Assembly: GCA_052035175.1 (NCBI GenBank)
Contig: JBPOHV010000001.1
Span: 703,771-767,770 of the forward strand
Length of the DNA: 64,000 nucleotides
Direction of reading: 5' to 3'
DNA from: a candidate division WWE3 bacterium
GTDB lineage: Bacteria > Patescibacteriota > WWE3 > UBA101185 > UBA10185
In this document: piece by piece, positions 52,901 through 61,900 of the stretch
Numbering within the stretch: the stretch's first letter is position 1
Layout: the number at the start of each line of letters is the position of its first letter
Notes under the pieces: model-generated
The model's input: only the letters and a program-made list of their open reading frames with translations
What the model was told of the DNA's origin: nothing
The model's database searches: none
Program-made: the position numbers and the translations under genes

Positions 52901-55900
52901 ATTCTGGAGATATAACTATAGACACTGGTGTAGCAGCAGGGACTGAAGGACAGATATATCTTGGTAACACAAACGCCAGTGCAATAACTATTGGTCATGC
53001 AGGTGTTACAACAACAATCGGTGGATCGATAATAATTAATAGCCAAGAATTTGCTAATCTTACTGGACAAGGTTTGGCTCTCGATGGCAGCAACGTACTA
53101 AACTTTGATTGCTCAGAAGTAGAAGGAACTGATATCGATTGTTCTGGTGAGAATATAACTTTGGAATCAACTATTGACTCAATTTCTACGTTGAATTTGG
53201 CAGGTACAGGTACTTTGAACGGACTTGATGCTGTCGATGCAACATCAGAAAATACTATTGAAGCATTGATATTCGATAATGACGCTGAAACTATTACAGG
53301 TGTGTGGGAAGTCCAAGACGATGTAAACTTCGCATTTGGAACTGCTGCAAATATCAATTTTGTATACAATCAAACAGACGATTTATTTAATATAAATGCA
53401 ACATCAACTGCATCACAAAACACTGACTACGGGCTTTATACACTTTCAACCGACAATGCTAATGCCGGAATGACAGCCGATCAAGAAGTATTTGAAATAG
53501 GAAAAGGTGGAAACGACGACTCTGACACAAACTATATAGAATTGTTAGCACTAGATGAAGATGGAGATTTGTCGGTAACTGGCACTGGTACATTTACCGG
53601 ATCACTTGCAACCAACGCAACTGCTATCGGGCTTAACAATGATGCAGACACTGACAACGTACTATCATTTGGTGCAGGGTCTGCTGGTGCCGCATCGGGT
53701 AATTTATACTGGGGAAATGTTTTGGTATGCGATGCCTCACAAGCCAATTGCGGTTGGGTAACTTCTAGCGGTTCTGGTGCTTCTAAATGGACTGATGGTG
53801 GAGATCATATTTACCCAACTGGCGGAGAATTTTTGGGTGATGACACATCAAATGGAGCAAATAAACTAGCTGGCGCATATTTCTTGGATGGCGCTCCCCT
53901 AGTATTGGGAACAACAAATGATATTCAATTTGCTTATGATGAAACAACTGACGATCAATTAGAAATAAGCGATGGTACAAATGATTTCTTAACTATCAAA
54001 GATAATGGCACTACAGCAACATTTACTTTTGACAACATCGTACAAATTGGATCAGATGGTCAAGACGGACAATTTGTTTTATACAATGAATTAGGTGCTA
54101 CTGATTACACAAACACTTTTGCTTTGAGTGGAACACAATCTCAAGATATAACGTATACATTACCAGCAAATGACGGCGGAGCTAGCCAAGTCTTATCTAC
54201 AAACGGGTCAGGAGTTTTGACATGGATTGACGTATCTGGTGGTGCTGGCGGATATACTGGTTGGGCGATTGCAGATGATGACAATGATACATATACAATT
54301 TCTTCTGGTGATCAAATAAAGCTTTATTCGTCTAGCAATGTTATTACAACAAACTTGATAAATGGGGACGATACTCTCGATGAAATAGATTTGGATATAG
54401 CAGATGATTCTTTGAATTTCACAGAATTTGCAGATTCTCTATCTGTCGATGCAACAACTGATATAAATCTTGGTACATCTAATTTAACTGTTGATTTAGA
54501 CTCCACTGGGATATTTGACATAAGAGATGGTGCAACAACTTACTGGAGTTTTGACGATGACTCAACTGTAGATGTTACCTTCCCTGCTGCAGGATCTTTA
54601 ACAATAGACTCAGCTACTACAGATTCTACTTTAACAACAGGTATATTTGATCTTAATGTCGATACCATAACTACAGGAAATATTGGTTTTAATATCGATC
54701 ACATTATTAGAGACTCAGCAGGCATCACTGCTTATGGTCAAAGAATTAATACAACTATAGATACTGACGCTGCTGAAAGCTCAACCGGATATGGACTTTA
54801 CATTAGTGGAACAAACAATGATGCCTCCTCTACCCTGACTGGTCTTTATGTAGATGCAGGAACTGGTGCTGGTACTGAATATGCTGCTGCGTTTATGAAT
54901 GGGAATGTGGGTATTGGAATAGCCACACCAGAATCAAAACTCCATATTAACAACGCTGATACTGCAGCAAATGGCCTTAGACTATCTTATAGTGAAGCTA
55001 GTTACGACGACCAATACTCTCTTGATTTATACTCAGCAGGTGGATCAGGTGCATTTATAGATGCTGCAACAACAACTAATGGATTAACAATAAGAACTTC
55101 ATCTAATGCAACTAGAACAAATTTAGCCGCCAGAATGGTAATCCTAGGAGGCGCTAATGCAGGTAACGTAGGTTTATCTACTACTGCACCTGATGCAAGA
55201 CTTGAAATTAACCATGCTACCGGAGATAACTTAAGACTTACTTATAATGACGCTGATGGCACAGCATCTAACTACACCGACTTCTCGCTTGCTTCAGATG
55301 GAGATTTGACAATTGATTCAGCTGGTGGCGCTATCAACTTAGCATCGGGCGATGATTTAAATATCACAGCATCAACCGACTTGATATTTGGAACAACAAC
55401 ATCACTCGGAGAATCAACAGGAGCTACAGACTCTGGTGCATATCTGGTGGGAGTTTTTGATGAATTCAATAGCTCAAACGGAACTAATGTACAAGATGTA
55501 CTCGATGACCTCGATGCAGCTGTAGGTGCTGGTGCTTCTAAGTGGACACAAGATACAGGATTTATTTATTTAACTGGTTCAACAGATAGCGTAACAATTG
55601 GCGGAACTACAGAACTTGGAAAACTCGCTGTAGATGGCGATGCTGATCAAATACAATTATTAATCCAAGGTAATGCTACACAAACATCTAACTTAGCTGT
55701 ATTTGAAAATTCTGCAGGAGCTGATCAACTTGTTGTAACAAACACAGGAGACTTAACTATTGCAGGAGATGCAACAATTACTGGTAATTTATTAACTTTT
55801 GGTAATGGAGAAACAATTGATAACAATGCTGACGGAACAATCGCACTAAATCCAACAGTATTAACACTAACAGGAACAACAACACTTAATGGTACATCTT

Positions 55901-58900
55901 TAACAGCAATCAATGGTGGTGCAACAGCAATAGACTTTACAGAATTTGATGTAGCAGCTGCAACTGGATCTGTGACAATAAATGACGGTGGAGATCTAGG
56001 AAGCCTTACAGTAGAAGGAACTGTACTGGATATAAACTCACTTGATTTTGTTGGAACAGGTGCAATTAATACTACAGACTGGGATATCTCATCAACAGGA
56101 GATTTAACTGGAATTGGCGGAATTACAGCAGATGGCGCAATCAGCTTCACCCCATCATCTACAAACGACATAACATTTGGCGTAGATACAGATTCATTGT
56201 TTACCTTAGATTCAAGCGTTGCTAATGCAGATAACTTTACCTTCTCACCAAATAATGCTGGAACGGGTGCTACGTTTACAGGAACTCTGACTTCAGCAAA
56301 CTTAACTGCTGATAGAACATGGACTTTGAAAGATGCTGATGGAACAATCGCCTTCTTAACTGATATCCCAACATCTGATAATTATCAATATTGGACATTA
56401 GATGGTGATGATGCTGACACCGAGCAAATTGGCAGTACTAATACCCTACTCGTAGCCGGTGGTACAAATGGAATAGATACAGATGTTTCTGCAACTGACA
56501 CAATTACTTTAAATCTTGATACTACTGAAATAGGTACAACAACTTTTGGTTCAGGATCAGGAATAACCTGGACATTTGATGCCTCAGCTGGAACAGACAC
56601 AGCAGTTGCTTTTGGAGATAATTTGCAAACATTAACTACAGCAACGTTAACTCTTTCTGGAACAACAACATTGAACGGCACTTCCTTAACTGCAATAAAC
56701 GGTGGTGCAACTGCAATAGACTTTACTGAATTTGATGTAGCAGCTGCAACTGGATCTGTGACAATAAATGACGGTGGCGATTTGGGAAGTCTTACTGTAG
56801 AAGGCACTGCATTAGATATAAATTCTCTTGATTTTGCAGGTGTTGGTTCAATAACTACAGGTGGATCTACAGATTTAACACTAAACCCATCTGGGGGCAA
56901 TGTAATAGTAACTGATGGCGATGTTTTGGATGTATACGGAACAACAATTGGTTTGAACAACGATGCAGATACAGATAATGTATTTGGACTCTCAGCATCA
57001 GCAGGATCAGCAGGGTCTGATATCTACTGGGGTGATGACTTACTTTGCGATGTTAGCGAGGCAAATTGCGGATGGACTACTGCAGCTTCATCATTCACAG
57101 GATTTAGTATTAGCGATGGATCAACTACAGAAGGTATAGCTTCTGCTGACACAATCACATTCGCAGATTCTTCTACTATTAATGCTGCAGTATCTGCAAC
57201 TGATACTGTGACAATGAATGTCATAGCAAACTCACTAGACTTTGCACACCTTGAAGATACTTTAGACCTCGATGCAACTACTGAGATTAATCTCGGGGCA
57301 AATAATTTAGTAATAGATCTTGATTCGACTGGTGATTTCGTAATTAATGATGGCGGAATAACATTCGCAACCTTTATGGATAATGGCCGTTTGGGTTTGG
57401 GAACAAGTCAAGACTTACAACTCTATCATGATGGTTCAGATGGTTATATTTCAGGTTCAACCGGAGGTATAATCGTCAACTCTTCTGCAGGCAATGTAAT
57501 CCTTGGTAGCAACAGTGGAAGCTGGGTTGGAGTTGGGGATGTATCACCAGATGCACAATTTGATGTCGACTATATATCAACAAACACTACCGCAGGAACA
57601 GAGTTAGGCAGTTACTTTACAATGGCAGATACAGGTATAGTTACGACAGGTTCTGATATTACAATCGGTATAGAAAATGATGTTACAAGAACTGGCGCAA
57701 CCGGTGGAGCTTTGGTTACATATGGAATACAAAACAATATAACAGCTGATAATGCTGGGAGTGGCTCATCTACAGCATACGCATATTATGCATCATTTGG
57801 TGGACTTGCAGATTTCTCATATGCATTTTTTGCAGACGATGGAGATATAGAACTTCAAGAAGATGGTACAGGTGTAGTTGGTGCTGGTGGCAATTTACTA
57901 CTTGGTGCTAGTGAAGATTTCAAACTATATCACAATGGCAGTGATTCATTTATGCTCGGTACAGAAAATGACCTTTATATCGGAGCTGATTCAGGAACTG
58001 CAAATTCTCAGATTAAGTTTGGAAACGAAGGAGCATCAACTGTATATGGATACTTTATAACTGGATCGTCAAATACAGGAGACTTTGTAGTTGACACAAA
58101 TACACTCTATCTAGATGCATCTGCCGATAGCTTGGGAATAGGAACTACTGCCCCCGACGCAAGACTAGAAATCAACCACGCAACTGGAGATAACTTAAGA
58201 CTTACTTACAACGATGCAGATGGCAGTGCAACTAGCTATACAGACTTCTCTCTCGCTTCTGATGGTGACCTAACAATAGACAGTGCTGGAAATAACATTG
58301 CATTTGGTGCTGCAGATATAATTACTGCATTAGCAAATATAAATGCCGATGGTGGATTGGATATTGATGATGCATTCGTAATTGCTGATGGTGGCGTACT
58401 AACAACTTCTCAAACTGCAAATTTTGACGGTGCTGCTGATTTTGATGGCAATGTACTTATCTCTGATACCGACATAGCATTTGATGGTGCTTCTACAACT
58501 TTTACCACAACAGGGGCATTTACATTAACACCAGGTGGTGCAGTACTTCTTGGCGATGGTGGAGATACATTGCAAATCAACACGTCAGATTGGGACATAT
58601 CAACTACTGGTGACTTAACAGGAATTGGCGGAATAACTGCGGATGGCGCAATCAGCTTTACCCCATCATCTACAAACGATATAACATTTAATGTAGACAC
58701 AGATTCATTGTTCACACTTGATTCATCAGTGACAAATGGCGACAACTTGGTATTCTCTCCAAATAATGCTGGAACTGGGTCAACATTTACCGGAACTCTG
58801 ACTTCTGCAAACTTAACTGCTGACAGAACATGGACATTGCAAGATGGCGATGGAACTATTGCCTTCTTAACTGATATTCCAACATCTGATAACTATCAAT

Positions 58901-61900
58901 ATTGGACATTAGATGGCGACGACGCTGACACCGAACAAATTGGTAGCACCAATACCCTACTCGTAGCCGGTGGTACAAATGGAATAGATACAGATGTTTC
59001 TGCAACTGACACAATTACTTTAAATCTTGATACTACTGAAATAGGTACAACAACTTTTGGTTCAGGTTCATCTATTGCTTGGACATTTAATGCTGGCACA
59101 ACTGATCCTGTTTTAACATTTGGTGATAACAGCTTAACGATAGGTTCAGCTGCAACTGTTACTGCTACTGATGTAACAACATTTAATTGTACTGATTGTT
59201 TGAATTTTGATGATTTATCTGATGCATTAACACTAGATGCAGCAACAACAATTACAAATTCAACAGCTGGTGATTTATCTTTTGATTTAACATCAACTGG
59301 TGTACTCAATATAAAAGATAGCACTGTCACCTACTGGTCATTTGACGACGACTCAACTGTTGATGTCACCTTCCCAGCAGCCGGTCAACTTGCAATAGAT
59401 GCAGCAACAACTGATTCTACTTTAACTACAGGCATATTTGATCTTAATGTAGACACAGTAACTTCAGGAAATATCGGACTTAATATCGATCATATAATAA
59501 GAGACTCCACAGGCATTACTGCATATGGACAAAGAATTAATACAACTATAGATACGGACGCTGCAGAAAGTTCAACTGGATATGGTTTGTACATAAACGG
59601 AACTAATAACGATGCCTCCTCTACTTTAACAGGCTTGTATGTAGATGCAGGAACTGGTGCTGGTACTGAATACGCTGCTGCGTTTATGAATGGGAATGTG
59701 GGTATTGGAACGACTACACCCGCAACTAAACTAAGTATAGATTCAAATTCAAACACACAAAATCTTCGTCTATATGGCGCCACTGAAGCATCCCAAATTG
59801 CCGATATATACATAGGCACTCAGGGAAATTTAGTCTTAAGTACCATTGCAGGCTCTGATTCTGCCGGCTACCTTGATCTCCAATCTGAAAGCAACAACTA
59901 TGGCCTTATCCTCCGCGAATCTGACGGTACTGGCGGTTCGGCATTTGCTAATTTCTTTGTTGTTGATCATGCTACTGACCCTGACTATTTAAGCATTGTA
60001 CTCAACACTACCACTAACACCAATGCTCTAAACGTCACTGTCGGCAACAATGTCGGTATAGGTACCGCAAATCCCGCCGGGCCACTGGAAGTAGATACGA
60101 GTACTACTTCTGGGGTGGCAGTTACCATCGACCAGGACGACGTCGACCAAACTGCACTCGATTTTGATATCAATAATACCGCTGCAGATATCTTAAATAT
60201 TGACTGGGGTGGAGCTACTTCTCAGACAGCAGCTTTGACTGGTATTGATCTTGATTTTACAAATTTAACAAGTGTAGCAGGTTCCACCACCTATGGCCTC
60301 CATATAAATGATCTTTCTGCTCAAACAACCTCCACTGAATACGCTATTTACCAAGAAGGAACCAATTGGGACTATGGACTCTATATAGAAGATGCAGCCT
60401 TATTTAATACAAGTTTGGTAGTGAATGGTACAACAATAGGCTTGGATTATGATGCTAGCGCTAATAATGTTGTTTCTCTCGGTACTGGGCCTGGTCAGGC
60501 TTCGGGAGACCTTTACTGGGGCGATGACCTAGTCTGTGATGTTTCTGAAGCCAACTGCGGTTGGGCAACAGCTGCCTCTTTATTCACAGGCTTTAGTATT
60601 AGTGATGGATCTACAACTGAAGGTATAGCTTCTGCTGACACCATCACATTCGCAGATTCATCTACTATTAATGCTGCAGTATCTGCAACCGATACTGTGA
60701 CAATGAATGTCATTGCAAACTCTTTAGACTTTGCACACCTTGAAGATACTTTAGATCTTGATGCGACAACTGAGATCAATTTTGGTGCATCCAGTCTTTC
60801 TTATGATCTAAACTCAACAGGAACATTCGATATTTTAGACAACAATCAAAAATTCTGGAGTTTTGATGATGACTCAACTGTAGATGTCACCTTCCCTGCT
60901 GCAGGTGAACTTAATATTGATTCCGCAACCACAGATTCAACTGTAACGACAGGTGTACTTGATCTTAATGTCGATACAGTAACTACAGGAAATATTGGTT
61001 TGAATATTGACCATATAATTAGAGACTCTGCTGGGATCACAGCTTATGGTCAAAGAATTAATACAACTATAGATACCGATGCAGCACAATCCTCTACTGG
61101 ATATGGACTTTACATTAGTGGAACAAACAATGATGCCACTTCTACGCTAACTGGTTTGTATGTTGATGCAGGAACAGGTGCAGGTACTGAATATGCAGCT
61201 GCGTTTATGAATGGAAATGTGGGTATCGGCACTGCTACACCACTTTCAACAGCAAGATTAGATGTTATGGGTGGAGATTTCAGAGTACAAGCAGCTGAAG
61301 GTACAAATAGATTATTACTTACTGGTACAGGTGATACGAGCGGTGCAGAATTGTACATATATAACAGTACCGGAGCACTAACAAGTAGAGTTAGCGGTGA
61401 TGGTGGAGGCATAACATACTTTAACAATGGCCTTGGTGTAGGTATAGGAACCACAGCTCCAGATGCAAAACTTGAAATCAACCATGCAACTGGTGATAAC
61501 TTAAGACTTACTTACAACGATGCTGATGGTAGTGCAACTAGCTATACAGACTTCTCTCTTGCATCAGACGGTGACCTAACAATAGACAGTGCTGGAAATA
61601 ACATTGCATTTGGCGCTGCAGATATAATCACTGCATTCGCAAATATAAATGCCGATGGTGGATTAGATATTGATGATGCATTCGTGATTGCTGATGGTGG
61701 CGTACTAACAACATCTCAAACTGCAAACTTCGATGGTGCTGCTGATTTTGATGGCAATGTATTAATTTCAGATACTGACATAGCATTTGATGGTGCTTCT
61801 ACTACTTTCACAACCACAGGTGCATTTACCCTTACCCCAGGTGGTGCGGTACTTCTTGGCGATGGTGGAGATACATTGCAAATCAACACATCCGATTGGG

